Source of the DNA: Candidatus Methanomethylophilaceae archaeon
GTDB taxonomy: Archaea > Thermoplasmatota > Thermoplasmata > Methanomassiliicoccales > Methanomethylophilaceae
Length of the DNA: 64,000 bases
Assembly (NCBI GenBank): GCA_944320495.1
Contig: CALUHR010000005.1
Span: 64,001 to 128,000 of the forward strand
Reading direction: 5' to 3'
Shown here: piece after piece, positions 9,726-18,881 of the stretch
Numbering within the stretch: the first letter of the stretch is position 1
Layout of the letters: every line of letters begins with the position of its first letter
Position numbers and translations under genes: made by a program
The notes under the pieces: generated by a model
The model's input: the letters and a program-made list of their open reading frames with translations, nothing else
Database searches by the model: none
Told to the model about the DNA's origin: nothing

Positions 9726-11105
9726 TCAGGCGGTCACTTCCCTGTAGAGGTCGTAATCAATGTAGGCGAGGACGGTGTCGAGGGTCTGTCCCTCGAGAGG
9801 CGCGGTGCCCATGTCTATGAAGTCCTGGAGGACCCCATCGGCCCACTCCCTGGAGAAATCGTCGCCGTACATCGCATGGGCCATGTAGGCGACCTTGACG
9901 GCCCCGGGCAGCAGGTTGTTGATGTAGACGAGCCTGTCCTCGAATCCCTTGAAGTACATGGTGGAAGACACACCCTTGTTGTCGTGGTCCCATGTGTCGA
10001 TGACGAGCTCCTCGATCCCGGCCTCGTCCAGACCCCAGTCCATCGAACGGTTGTTGAGGATGGCCCCGACATCCGTGTAATTTGACAACGCCTCGACGCT
10101 CTGCATCTTGGTGGATCCGTCTCCGGCATATGTCTCGGAGAAGTCGGAGTTGACGATGTAGTAGGGCAATCCGCCTGCGGTGGATGCGCTGCTGTTGAAC
10201 GTCGAATCGTTCTCGCAGATGTAGATGTACATCGTGCAGCAGATGTAGCTGCACTTCTCGTCATTGGACAGGGATCCGACCTTTTCTTCGATCAGATTGA
10301 TCACATCCCAGCTCTTCTGGGCGTACTCCACACCGATCTCCTCGCAGTCCCCTCCGAACAGGAACCCGAGGGTCAGGACGGTTGTGATCTCGGAGGTGGC
10401 ATCGGCCGAGGAATAGATGATCATGGGTATGTCGGCGGCCTCAAGATCGGCTGCACGGACATCGGTGATCTGCGCGATCCCGCTGTAATCCACCAGCAGC
10501 GCTCCGAGTCCTCCCTCGGTGTTTGCATCCAATGTGGTGAAGTTCTTCCATGCCGCATCACTGATCTGACGCTGAGTTCCACCGAGGTCGACAGCACTGT
10601 CGCTGATGGAGCTCTCGGCAGTCTCGTAGCTACTGACGAAATATCCAGCCACATACTGACCGCCGTTCGCATAGAGGGTGGGCAGCTGCATGTTGGTCCC
10701 GTAGGGGACCACATTCCTCAGAGGGTAGGTGCAGGAAACGGTCGTTGGTTTGCCGTTCACATCCAGACAGAGGACGTAAACGGTAGTTCCATCCTTCCTG
10801 TCGATAAGGTCCTGTAGAAGCTGTTTGTCCGTTTCATCCACATTTCCGTCGTTGTTGACGTCAGCCAGCGGGTAGTCGTCGATGGACTTGTCGCCGGAGA
10901 TGACATCGTCGAGAATCTCCATGTCCTTCTCATCGATGGTGTAGTCGTCGTTGGCATTGCCCCTTATCTGGAGCTGAGAGGCGATATCCGAATCACCGGA
11001 GGAATCGTTGCCCCCGTTACCACCGAACCCTATGAGTACGGCGGCAACGACGACAATGGCCACAACTACGACAGCCGCGATGATTGTCGTTGTCTTCTTT
11101 TCCAT
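9726..11105 (-). CDS. ABC substrate-binding protein (Fe/corrinoid class) with N-terminal TM anchor and dockerin-like Ca-binding pair
   Basis: TM helix then GNANDDYTIDEKD...ADVNNDGNVDETD; upstream of two FecCD permeases. Confidence 0.8.
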   Translation of the reverse strand: MEKKTTTIIAAVVVVAIVVVAAVLIGFGGNGGNDSSGDSDIASQLQIRGNANDDYTIDEKDMEILDDVISGDKSIDDYPLADVNNDGNVDETDKQLLQDLIDRKDGTTVYVLCLDVNGKPTTVSCTYPLRNVVPYGTNMQLPTLYANGGQYVAGYFVSSYETAESSISDSAVDLGGTQRQISDAAWKNFTTLDANTEGGLGALLVDYSGIAQITDVRAADLEAADIPMIIYSSADATSEITTVLTLGFLFGGDCEEIGVEYAQKSWDVINLIEEKVGSLSNDEKCSYICCTMYIYICENDSTFNSSASTAGGLPYYIVNSDFSETYAGDGSTKMQSVEALSNYTDVGAILNNRSMDWGLDEAGIEELVIDTWDHDNKGVSSTMYFKGFEDRLVYINNLLPGAVKVAYMAHAMYGDDFSREWADGVLQDFIDMGTAPLEGQTLDTVLAYIDYDLYREVTA

Positions 11106-11132
11106 GTTCTCACTTTCTGGGATCGCCGTTAG

Positions 11133-11149
11133 TTGGCATATACATCCAA
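11133..11149. promoter_or_regulatory. 17-bp operator upstream of SBP
   Basis: TTGGCATATACATCCAA, 27 bp upstream of start 11105. Confidence 0.7.
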
Positions 11150-11189
11150 TTCTCTCAATCGAAAAGTCCCAGTCACTCTCCCCCGAGGA

Positions 11190-12053
11190 TCAGGATTCGG
11201 CCGGCTGCGACTCGGCAGCGCCCTCCCGCTCCCTGCGCTCCCTAATACGGGCCATGACTGCGGACGGGTTGATCCTCTCGTCCATCGGCAGGGCGTCCCT
11301 GAGGATCACGTGCGGACGGCCCTCGTCGTCGATCACGCGGGATTCGACCCCGTAGACCGTCCTGAGGTTGTCCTCCGTGATGACCTCCCGCGGCGTCCCG
11401 ACGTCGAAGATCTTGCCCTGGAACATCAGGATCACGCTGTCCGCGTACTTCGCCGCGATGTTGATGTCGTGGCTGATCATGATGATCAGGATCCCCTTCT
11501 CGACGGACAGCCGCTTGAGCATCTTCGTGACATCCAGCTGATGCCGGATGTCCAGATTGGAGGTCGGCTCGTCCAGGAGGAGTATCTTCGGCTCCTGCAC
11601 GAGACCCCTGGCCAGCATGACCTTCTGGTGCTGGCCCGCCGAGAGCTCGTTGAACTGGCGCATGGCGAGATGCGAGATCCCGAGCATCTTCAGCGTGTCA
11701 TAAACCACGTCGAGGTCGTTGTCCAGGGACTTCCATTTGGAGTGCGGGTGCCTGCCCATCATCACCGTGTCCACCACGGTGAGCGGGAAGGTGTCGTTGG
11801 CCGAGTACGGCACGTATCCAATCTGCTTGGCCAGCTCCTTGATCGACGTCTCCCTGACGTCCTTGCCGTCGATGAAGACCGAACCGGAGGTTGGCTGCAG
11901 GATCTTGTTGATGCAGTGTATCAGCGTGGACTTGCCCACCCCGTTCGGCCCCAGGATGGAGACGAACGCGGGCCCGTCGATGTCGAGCGAGATGTCGTTG
12001 AGGACGGGCGCGCTGCTGTAGGAGAACTCCACGTTGTCGATTCTGATCTGCAT
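11190..12053 (-). CDS. FepC/BtuD-family ABC ATPase
   Basis: GPNGVGKST, LSAGQHQ, LLDEPT; start at ATG 12053 (MQIRIDNV). Confidence 0.9.
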   Translation of the reverse strand: MQIRIDNVEFSYSSAPVLNDISLDIDGPAFVSILGPNGVGKSTLIHCINKILQPTSGSVFIDGKDVRETSIKELAKQIGYVPYSANDTFPLTVVDTVMMGRHPHSKWKSLDNDLDVVYDTLKMLGISHLAMRQFNELSAGQHQKVMLARGLVQEPKILLLDEPTSNLDIRHQLDVTKMLKRLSVEKGILIIMISHDINIAAKYADSVILMFQGKIFDVGTPREVITEDNLRTVYGVESRVIDDEGRPHVILRDALPMDERINPSAVMARIRERREREGAAESQPAES

Positions 12054-12066
12054 GGGACCACTTCGA

Positions 12067-12083
12067 TTGGATGTATATGCCAA
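12067..12083. promoter_or_regulatory. 17-bp operator upstream of ABC ATPase
   Basis: TTGGATGTATATGCCAA; minus-strand CTTAAA TATA-like element near 12097-12102. Confidence 0.75.
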
Positions 12084-12194
12084 TTATTTCCTAGCATTTA
12101 AGGATAATCAGAAAAATAACATTGCTGTTTCACATTTCTACTAAATTAATTGTTACTTTTAAATATAATCTCAGCAGGATTGGTCGATTAGGAT

Positions 12195-12208
12195 TTAGAT
12201 ATACCTAA
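12195..12208. promoter_or_regulatory. Possible DtxR/MntR-type box
   Basis: TTAGATATACCTAA resembles TTAGGTTAACCTAA; nested in ATTAGG...CCTAAT (12187-12209). Confidence 0.35.
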
Positions 12209-12274
12209 TAAAAACCGATATAATAGTAGGACCCATCATCCAACTCACCGCAGGCCGCAGCCTGGGGAGATACC

Positions 12275-13135
12275 ATGGGCGACATCATCGTGATAGAGGA
12301 CCTCGTCAAGACGTTCGACGGGAAGACAGCCGTCGACCGTCTGAACCTGAGGATCCGCGAGGGGGAGCTGTTCGGATTCCTCGGTCCGAACGGGGCCGGC
12401 AAGACCACCACCGTCAGGTGCGTGGCGACTCTCACGAACTTCGACTCCGGGACCATAACGGTCGACGGATACGACCTCGTGAAGAATCCGAGGGAGGCGA
12501 AGGAGAGGATGGGCGTCATCCAGCAGCAGGTGTCCCTGGACAAGGACCTTACCATCCGGGAGAACATGATCTCCCATGCGATGTACCACATGATGGGCAG
12601 AGCGGAGAGGGACGAGAAGATCCGGGAGCTCTCCGACTTCTTCGGCCTCGAGGAGTATCTCGACAGACCCGTGGACTCCCTCTCGGGAGGGTGGAAGAAG
12701 CGCGCGGCGATAGTGTGCGCGATGCTCCACAACCCCAAGGTCCTCTTCCTCGACGAGCCCACCTCGGGTCTCGACATCAACGCCCGCAGGCTGCTGTGGG
12801 ACGTGGTCAGGAGGCTGCACGCCGGCGGCACGACGATCGTGCTCACCACCCATTACATCGAGGAGGCCGAGGCTCTCTGCGACAGGGTGGGCATCATCGA
12901 CCACGGGAGGATCATCGCGCTTGACACCCCGCAGAGGCTCTGCGAGAGCGTCGGTTCGGTGGCGGTGGAGTACATGGAGGACGCCAGGACGCGGTATCGC
13001 TACTTCGGGACCCGCGAGGAGGCCAACGCCTTCGCCGCGGGCATCAACACCGGGGTCGACGTCACCATACGCAGGACGAACCTGGAGGACGTGTTCGTGG
13101 AACTCACCGGGAAATCCGTGGGGGGACAGAAATGA
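12275..13135 (+). CDS. ABC-2 type (NodI/DrrA-like) ATP-binding protein
   Basis: GPNGAGKTT, LSGGWKK, LFLDEPTSGLD, TTHYIEEAE. Confidence 0.9.
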   Translation: MGDIIVIEDLVKTFDGKTAVDRLNLRIREGELFGFLGPNGAGKTTTVRCVATLTNFDSGTITVDGYDLVKNPREAKERMGVIQQQVSLDKDLTIRENMISHAMYHMMGRAERDEKIRELSDFFGLEEYLDRPVDSLSGGWKKRAAIVCAMLHNPKVLFLDEPTSGLDINARRLLWDVVRRLHAGGTTIVLTTHYIEEAEALCDRVGIIDHGRIIALDTPQRLCESVGSVAVEYMEDARTRYRYFGTREEANAFAAGINTGVDVTIRRTNLEDVFVELTGKSVGGQK

Positions 13136-13905
13136 GTAATCTCCTCAGACAGATCTACTACGTCGCGTGGGGCGACATGATGTTCATGAGACACAACTTC
13201 CTGAACATCCTCATAATGAGCATCATGAGCCCGATACTGTACCTGATAGCGTTCGGGTTCGGGCTCAGGACCGGCACCACCGACATCGGCGTATCGTACG
13301 TGTCGTTCGTCATCCCCGGTATCGTGGCATTGTCATCGCTGAACTCGTCGTTCTCGTCCACATCCACGAGGATGAACGTGCAGAGGCTGTACTATCGGAG
13401 CTTCGACGAGATGATGATGTGCCCGCTGAGCCTCCATGCCATAGTCTGGGGCAAGTGCATGCTCGGACTCGTGCGCGGGCTCATAGCCTGCTTCATACTG
13501 TACGCGCTCGGACTGGGGCTCGGTGCGGCCAGGATCGGCGGGATGGAGCTGGAGCTCACGCCGATGTTCGTCGTGTGCACGGTGCTCTCCTGCATCGTGT
13601 TCTCGTTCCTCGGCATGGCCGCCGCTCTGCTGGCGAAGTCCCATCAGAGCATGGCGACCTTCAACAGCCTGATCATCCTGCCCATGACGTTCCTGTGCGG
13701 GACGTTCTTCTCCGTCTCCGCGCTCCACCCCGTGTTCCAGACAGTCCTGTACTGCCTCCCGCTGACGTACTCGAGCGAGTTGATCAGATCCGCGGCGCTG
13801 CCGGACTTCCTGGAGTTCGACTGGCTGTGCCTGGTGGGACTGATCCTCTGGGGCGTGGCGTTCTACGCGATCGACTACTGGCTGCTGAAGACCAGGAAGG
13901 TCTGA
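13132..13905 (+). CDS. ABC-2 type permease
   Basis: Multiple TM helices, FVIPGIVAL, LPMTFLCGTFF; ATGA-coupled to the ATPase. Confidence 0.9.
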   Translation: MSNLLRQIYYVAWGDMMFMRHNFLNILIMSIMSPILYLIAFGFGLRTGTTDIGVSYVSFVIPGIVALSSLNSSFSSTSTRMNVQRLYYRSFDEMMMCPLSLHAIVWGKCMLGLVRGLIACFILYALGLGLGAARIGGMELELTPMFVVCTVLSCIVFSFLGMAAALLAKSHQSMATFNSLIILPMTFLCGTFFSVSALHPVFQTVLYCLPLTYSSELIRSAALPDFLEFDWLCLVGLILWGVAFYAIDYWLLKTRKV

Positions 13906-14525
13906 GATGATCCACCAGAGCCGGTCCCGCCTTCCGGGCGGGGCCGACCCATGAATTCCGATGACCGCCGGTGCGATCGCACCATGTCGGTCCCGACCAG
14001 CGTCACCTCTGTGACCTCGAACCCGTCCCAGCGGTCGCACTGCCTCACGAACCTGTGGACCAGGGAGTCCCCTCCGATGTAGAAGGTGTCCGTCTCCGTG
14101 CAGCCCTCGCGCTCCCTCCACACGGTGTACACGCTGCAGACGGCCTCGCCGTCGAAGGTGTCCAGCATCGCGTAGCCGGCGCTCCTCTCCGAGAGGCGCT
14201 CCAGCGCGTCGTCGGAGAGTATCAGGGAGCCGGGATCGAACCCCTCGAGGGATTCGTCGGATGGCTCCCCGTCTATGTAGATGTCCAAGGTGAAGCGACC
14301 GTCCGGGCGGACATCGGACACCACGCCGCGGACGGTGTGGCTCTCGACTGACGCGTCCCTCCCCTCGACGGTGCGGGTGACCTCCCACTCGATGTAGGAC
14401 CCCTCGGACACCTCGCAGGATGATGGCGCCTCCAGGGCATCGGTGCCGTATACGATGAGGACGGAGGTCGCGACGGCGAGGACGGAGATCATGATCGCGA
14501 CGGCGGCCCTGCTGACGGGGATCAT
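13875..14525 (-). CDS. Hypothetical secreted/anchored protein, third gene of nitrogenase-like operon 1
   Basis: Start 14525 overlaps stop of NifK-like gene; N-terminal hydrophobic helix; 3' end runs through a hairpin, so the true end is uncertain. Confidence 0.6.
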   Translation of the reverse strand: MIPVSRAAVAIMISVLAVATSVLIVYGTDALEAPSSCEVSEGSYIEWEVTRTVEGRDASVESHTVRGVVSDVRPDGRFTLDIYIDGEPSDESLEGFDPGSLILSDDALERLSERSAGYAMLDTFDGEAVCSVYTVWREREGCTETDTFYIGGDSLVHRFVRQCDRWDGFEVTEVTLVGTDMVRSHRRSSEFMGRPRPEGGTGSGGSSQTFLVFSSQ

Positions 14526-15784
14526 GTGTTCCTCACCCCGTGGAGGATCTCGTCGAGGATGTACATGGCACCCCGGAGGCCGTAGACCGGCCTGGGGATG
14601 ATGTCGTCGATGCCCATCGACGAGTACCCGATCGGGATGCCGGCGCGGCATTCGCCCGCGACCTTCATCGTCAGGGCGGTGATCCCCTCGCATAGAACGA
14701 CGCCGGACGGCACGGGCTCCCTGCCCCACGCCTCCGGGAATCCGATCCTCCCTAGGAACGACCCCAGCTCCTCCGATTCGGTCTCGTCGGCGCCGTCGTC
14801 GACTGCTACCGCGGCGGGAGCCATCGCCAGATAGCCGTACAGCCACTCGGTCAGCGGTCTGATCACGGACGCCGTCCCGGCAGCCGAGAATGTGAGCCCG
14901 CGTATGCGGAGGGCGTTGTAGCGCATGCCGATGAACCTGCGGCGGACCTCCCGCCTGCAGGCATCCACCCTGGCGAGGGCCTTCGACGGGTCCCTGCCGG
15001 TCGCCTCCGCGACCGCCCTGACCCACGCCTCCGTCGCATCGAAGCCGACGGGCGCCCCCTTCGGGGAGCGGATGCTCGACACGCCGCGGGATTCGTACCA
15101 CTCCGTCAGCCCGTAGCACATCTCCGGGCAGACGATGACGTTGAACTCGGAGTCGACGGAGCGGACCATCCCCTCTACTGAGGAGCCTGCGCCGGGGCAG
15201 CAGGCGACCTCCAGACCCATGTCCCCCAGAAGGGAGACCAGCTCGTCCCTGGCGGCCATCCAGTCCTTGTCCATCAGCGACATGCCGAGGAGGTTCACAG
15301 TCCCCTCGCGGACGTCCCTCCTCTCCGGGTCCAGGAATTCCATCACATGTGCCAGCGTGCGCCCGCAGGCCCACGTTGCGGGGACCGAGGCCATGGACTC
15401 GGGGATGTGCATGGCCACGTCCTCCAGCCCGTTCTCCCTGATGGCGCGCCAGTGGTCGTCACCGATAAGGCTGGCGCCGGGCGAGTCTATCACCACCGCG
15501 AGCGCCGGATGCCTGAGCGACACCTCGCCGAGGCCCTCCGCGGACTTGTAGTAGGCGCCGTTGATGAAGTCGTACTCGTCGAGATAGGACGACGGCACCC
15601 TAGGATACCCGTAGTAGTACGGCGCAGAGAAGGACTCCTCGCCGTCCCTCGGAAGCACCGCCGAGGACACCACGGTGTGGCGTATCCTGCAGCCTCCCGG
15701 CCCGTGCAGGAACACCGCCGCATCGGATATCCCTTCGACAGCCATGATCGAACCCGTGAGCCCGTCGGGCAGCTGCCTCATCAT
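14522..15784 (-). CDS. Nitrogenase component 1-like beta (NifK/BchB/BchZ-like) subunit, paralog 1
   Basis: PDGLTGS...LHGPGGC...[22 protein letters not shown]; ATGA-coupled to the fusion gene. Confidence 0.85.
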   Translation of the reverse strand: MMRQLPDGLTGSIMAVEGISDAAVFLHGPGGCRIRHTVVSSAVLPRDGEESFSAPYYYGYPRVPSSYLDEYDFINGAYYKSAEGLGEVSLRHPALAVVIDSPGASLIGDDHWRAIRENGLEDVAMHIPESMASVPATWACGRTLAHVMEFLDPERRDVREGTVNLLGMSLMDKDWMAARDELVSLLGDMGLEVACCPGAGSSVEGMVRSVDSEFNVIVCPEMCYGLTEWYESRGVSSIRSPKGAPVGFDATEAWVRAVAEATGRDPSKALARVDACRREVRRRFIGMRYNALRIRGLTFSAAGTASVIRPLTEWLYGYLAMAPAAVAVDDGADETESEELGSFLGRIGFPEAWGREPVPSGVVLCEGITALTMKVAGECRAGIPIGYSSMGIDDIIPRPVYGLRGAMYILDEILHGVRNT

Positions 15785-17910
15785 GGCATCCTCCATCCCT
15801 CGACCGCCGGGAGGCGGGAGGTGTTCTCCAGATACCGGATGTAGTCGAACACGGGGCGGTAGCCCACGCCCATCCTGCTGAGCTTGGCGAACGTGGTGCC
15901 CTCCGGAACGGGTCTGGCTATGTCTCCGATGAGGTAGTCTGGCCTCATATCGTGAAGATCCCTCGCGAGGTCCTCCTCCGTGTAGTCCTCTGTGACCTTG
16001 TACCTCGAATCCGCCCTGCCTCCGGCCTTGCGGGGGCTCGGCGCGACCCCGACCCTGAGGATGTCGACGCCCAGATTGTCCAGAGCGTCTATGAGCCAGT
16101 CGGGGTTGGAGCCGATCTTCCAGGCCACGATGACGCGCTTCCCCTCCATCTTCGGGCGGTGCGATTCCAGGAACGCTTCGTACTCCGCTCTGGCACGTTC
16201 GGTTTCTTTCAAGGCCATCTCCTCCCTGCCGGTCCGGCGCCCCATCTCGGACACCCAGTCCAGGTACCCGCGCATGCCCATGGGCATCGGCGCCGGGAAC
16301 GGCTCCCTGCCAGTCCTCTCCGTTATTAGCGACATCGTGCGCCTCGCGGCCCGGGTGTCGCTCATCAGCATGTCGAACTCCGCGCGGCACACCTCCTCAG
16401 GGGGAGCCGGCGAGCCGTCGTCGATGAACCTGCAGTTCACCTTCAATCCGAAGGATGCCAGCATCCTGTCCAGCTCCCGGCGGTGGTCGGGGGACTGTAT
16501 GTCGAAGAACGAGTTGGAAACCAGGTTCACCAGGCCCCTCTCCGGCTCCAGCGAAGGGTCGATGCGGTCCGCGATGGCCTCGGCGGCCATCTCGAAGCCG
16601 TCGTTGTACTCGCCGGCGATGTCTCCGTCCGCAGATACGAGATCTATGCGAACGTCGGGATGTGCCAGACGCGCCGATTGGACGACGGACTGGCAGTCGT
16701 CGCCGATGATCCCGGGCATGCAGGTGGTGACCACGGCCACCTTGCGGTAGCCCTCGGATATCGCGTTCTCCAGGGACCATCTCAGGAACCCGTCGCCGCC
16801 GAATATGGCGGCGGAGTCGTCCATCATCGACGAGCGTATGTCGCAGGTCGGGGGACGGGAGTACAGACCCTGCTCGTAGAGTCCGAGCACGGCCTTGGCG
16901 CGGGTGGTGGCCATGAGGTACGAGCAGGACATGGGGCCGTGGACCACCACGGCCGTGTCACCGAGCCTGGAGAAAGCGGCCACGGCGCCGTAGGCGGCGC
17001 AGGAGCTCATGACCCTGGCATCCTTGATCGATGATCTGCGGCAGGCGCCGCATCCGGTTCGTTGGGGCAGATTACCCGATGAAGGGCGTATCTCCCTGCC
17101 GGCCGCCAGGTCGGAGAGCTGGTCGTCGTCCAGGGGGTGCGGGAAGGACATCACATCCTCGCCGTCGGATGCGACGGCGATGCGGTCCGCAATCCCGCGG
17201 ACCTGGTCCGCTATCGCGCTGTCCGGGTAGAGTTCCATGACCGTGTGGCCCTTCGATTCGGCGTCGGCAAAGAGGCGATCCCTCGGAATGACGGCGATGA
17301 CCTCGGTGCCGGTGGCGCGGGCGAACCTCTCCACGGTCTCCCTCTCCCCCTCCACCCCGCGGCAGTTGAGCACGATGCCCAGCAGTCTGGGCCTCCCGTT
17401 GTCGAAGTTCAGCAGGCCGCGCATGATGTTGTTGGCCGCGTACATCGCCATGAACTCACCGGATGTCACCAGTATGACGGCGTCAGCGTACTCGTTCCTC
17501 AGCGGGACGGCGAACCCTCCGCACACGACGTCCCCGAGGACGTCGTAGATCCTAACGTCCGTGTCGACGGAGTCGGCGCCGAGCCTCTTCAGAGTGTCGA
17601 AGGTTGTGAGGATCCCACGGCCGGCGCATCCTATGCCCGGCTCGGGGCCGCCGGCCTCGGTGCAGAGCACCCCAGCGGTGCCCTCCTCGATCACATCCTC
17701 GAGCCTCCTCCGGCCGATCGGCGTGTCCCTCACGTAGTCGAGGACGGTGCGCTGGGCCCTCCCTCCCAGGAGGAGGCGGGTGGAGTCGTGCTTCGGGTCG
17801 CAGCCGACCTGCATGACCCTCATACCCCTCTCCGCCAGGGCCACGGAGATGTTGGCGGACATCGTCGACTTCCCGATGCCGCCCTTGCCGTACACCGCCA
17901 CTTGGAACAT
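15781..17910 (-). CDS. NifH-like Fe protein fused to NifD/BchN-like subunit, paralog 1
   Basis: [34 protein letters not shown]; then SCAAYGA, HGPMSC, TTCMPGIIGDD; start at ATG 17910 (MFQVAVYG). Confidence 0.9.
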   Translation of the reverse strand: MFQVAVYGKGGIGKSTMSANISVALAERGMRVMQVGCDPKHDSTRLLLGGRAQRTVLDYVRDTPIGRRRLEDVIEEGTAGVLCTEAGGPEPGIGCAGRGILTTFDTLKRLGADSVDTDVRIYDVLGDVVCGGFAVPLRNEYADAVILVTSGEFMAMYAANNIMRGLLNFDNGRPRLLGIVLNCRGVEGERETVERFARATGTEVIAVIPRDRLFADAESKGHTVMELYPDSAIADQVRGIADRIAVASDGEDVMSFPHPLDDDQLSDLAAGREIRPSSGNLPQRTGCGACRRSSIKDARVMSSCAAYGAVAAFSRLGDTAVVVHGPMSCSYLMATTRAKAVLGLYEQGLYSRPPTCDIRSSMMDDSAAIFGGDGFLRWSLENAISEGYRKVAVVTTCMPGIIGDDCQSVVQSARLAHPDVRIDLVSADGDIAGEYNDGFEMAAEAIADRIDPSLEPERGLVNLVSNSFFDIQSPDHRRELDRMLASFGLKVNCRFIDDGSPAPPEEVCRAEFDMLMSDTRAARRTMSLITERTGREPFPAPMPMGMRGYLDWVSEMGRRTGREEMALKETERARAEYEAFLESHRPKMEGKRVIVAWKIGSNPDWLIDALDNLGVDILRVGVAPSPRKAGGRADSRYKVTEDYTEEDLARDLHDMRPDYLIGDIARPVPEGTTFAKLSRMGVGYRPVFDYIRYLENTSRLPAVEGWRMP

Positions 17911-17918
17911 ACATCCAG
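17902..17918. promoter_or_regulatory. 17-bp operator overlapping the start codon of fusion 1
   Basis: TTGGAACATACATCCAG (14/17 to the perfect copy). Confidence 0.55.
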
Positions 17919-18016
17919 GAATAACGGACGGGATGATAACATGTTCGACGGACCGTGCCACCCTTCATGTACGTCCTCGGGATTCCCCTCGCAACATCAC
18001 GGAGAATGTGAGGGAC

Positions 18017-18733
18017 ATGGGAATCAACATCGGCATCATGGAGATGGAGGCGCCCAGCGCGCCGTGCAGGGCGCTCCGCTCGGAGACCGTCAGGGTGCAC
18101 ATGGCGGACGTGTCCGGATTCGAGGACGCGGCGGTCTACGACGAGTTCGTGCCGTACGAGAAGGCGAGGGCGGCGCTCCCGGACTGGGAGGCGTTCGTGA
18201 AGAGGAACAGGCTCAACGAGGACGCCGATGCCGTCTATCTGGAGAAGATCAAGAAGGAGGACGACCTGGAGATGCTCCGCCCCCTCGCCGAGAGGAGATG
18301 CACCGGATGGGTCGTCATGGAGAGGGTTCCGGAGGACCGCAGGGAGGAGGCGAGACAGCGCGCCGACGATGCGGTGACCGGATGGGACTGCCTGGACTTC
18401 GACGAGATGAATGCGATGTGCGGGTCCTGCCCCCTGTCCTGGGACAAGGGCCGCGGCTGCATCGGGGCCTTCGGCCCGGACAACAGCCTGCTGCCGGAGA
18501 TCGCCGGCAGGCACGGATGCCCTATCGTCGCTTCGGTGCCCCAGGCTGTGGCCGAGGGCAAGAGATTCACGTCGGGGGACGCGGACGAGCTTCTGCGCGA
18601 GGTCGCGGTGCTGAGGGAGGCGCTGCCCGTCGAGGGGAAGATGATGGTCCGCCGCTATTCCGGGCCGGTGGACAGGATGGAGGCCGTGGCGAAGATCTCG
18701 AAATCGGAGGGCTGCGGCTTCTATTTCTTCTGA
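18017..18733 (+). CDS. Cys-rich hypothetical protein, possible Fe-S or Zn binder
   Basis: WDC-x9-CGSC-x9-C motif; host codon bias. Confidence 0.7.
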   Translation: MGINIGIMEMEAPSAPCRALRSETVRVHMADVSGFEDAAVYDEFVPYEKARAALPDWEAFVKRNRLNEDADAVYLEKIKKEDDLEMLRPLAERRCTGWVVMERVPEDRREEARQRADDAVTGWDCLDFDEMNAMCGSCPLSWDKGRGCIGAFGPDNSLLPEIAGRHGCPIVASVPQAVAEGKRFTSGDADELLREVAVLREALPVEGKMMVRRYSGPVDRMEAVAKISKSEGCGFYFF

Positions 18734-18881
18734 ACCTTCTTACTCAGGGGGCCTCCAGGCTCCCGTCTATCATTGACCGACGGGCAACCGATGCCCGTCC
18801 GTCCAATCCCTGACCCGCGTGGTCAACCGATTGCCGTCGGGGTTGCGAAGCGGTATATCCCGTCCAGCTTTCTCGAGGCCC

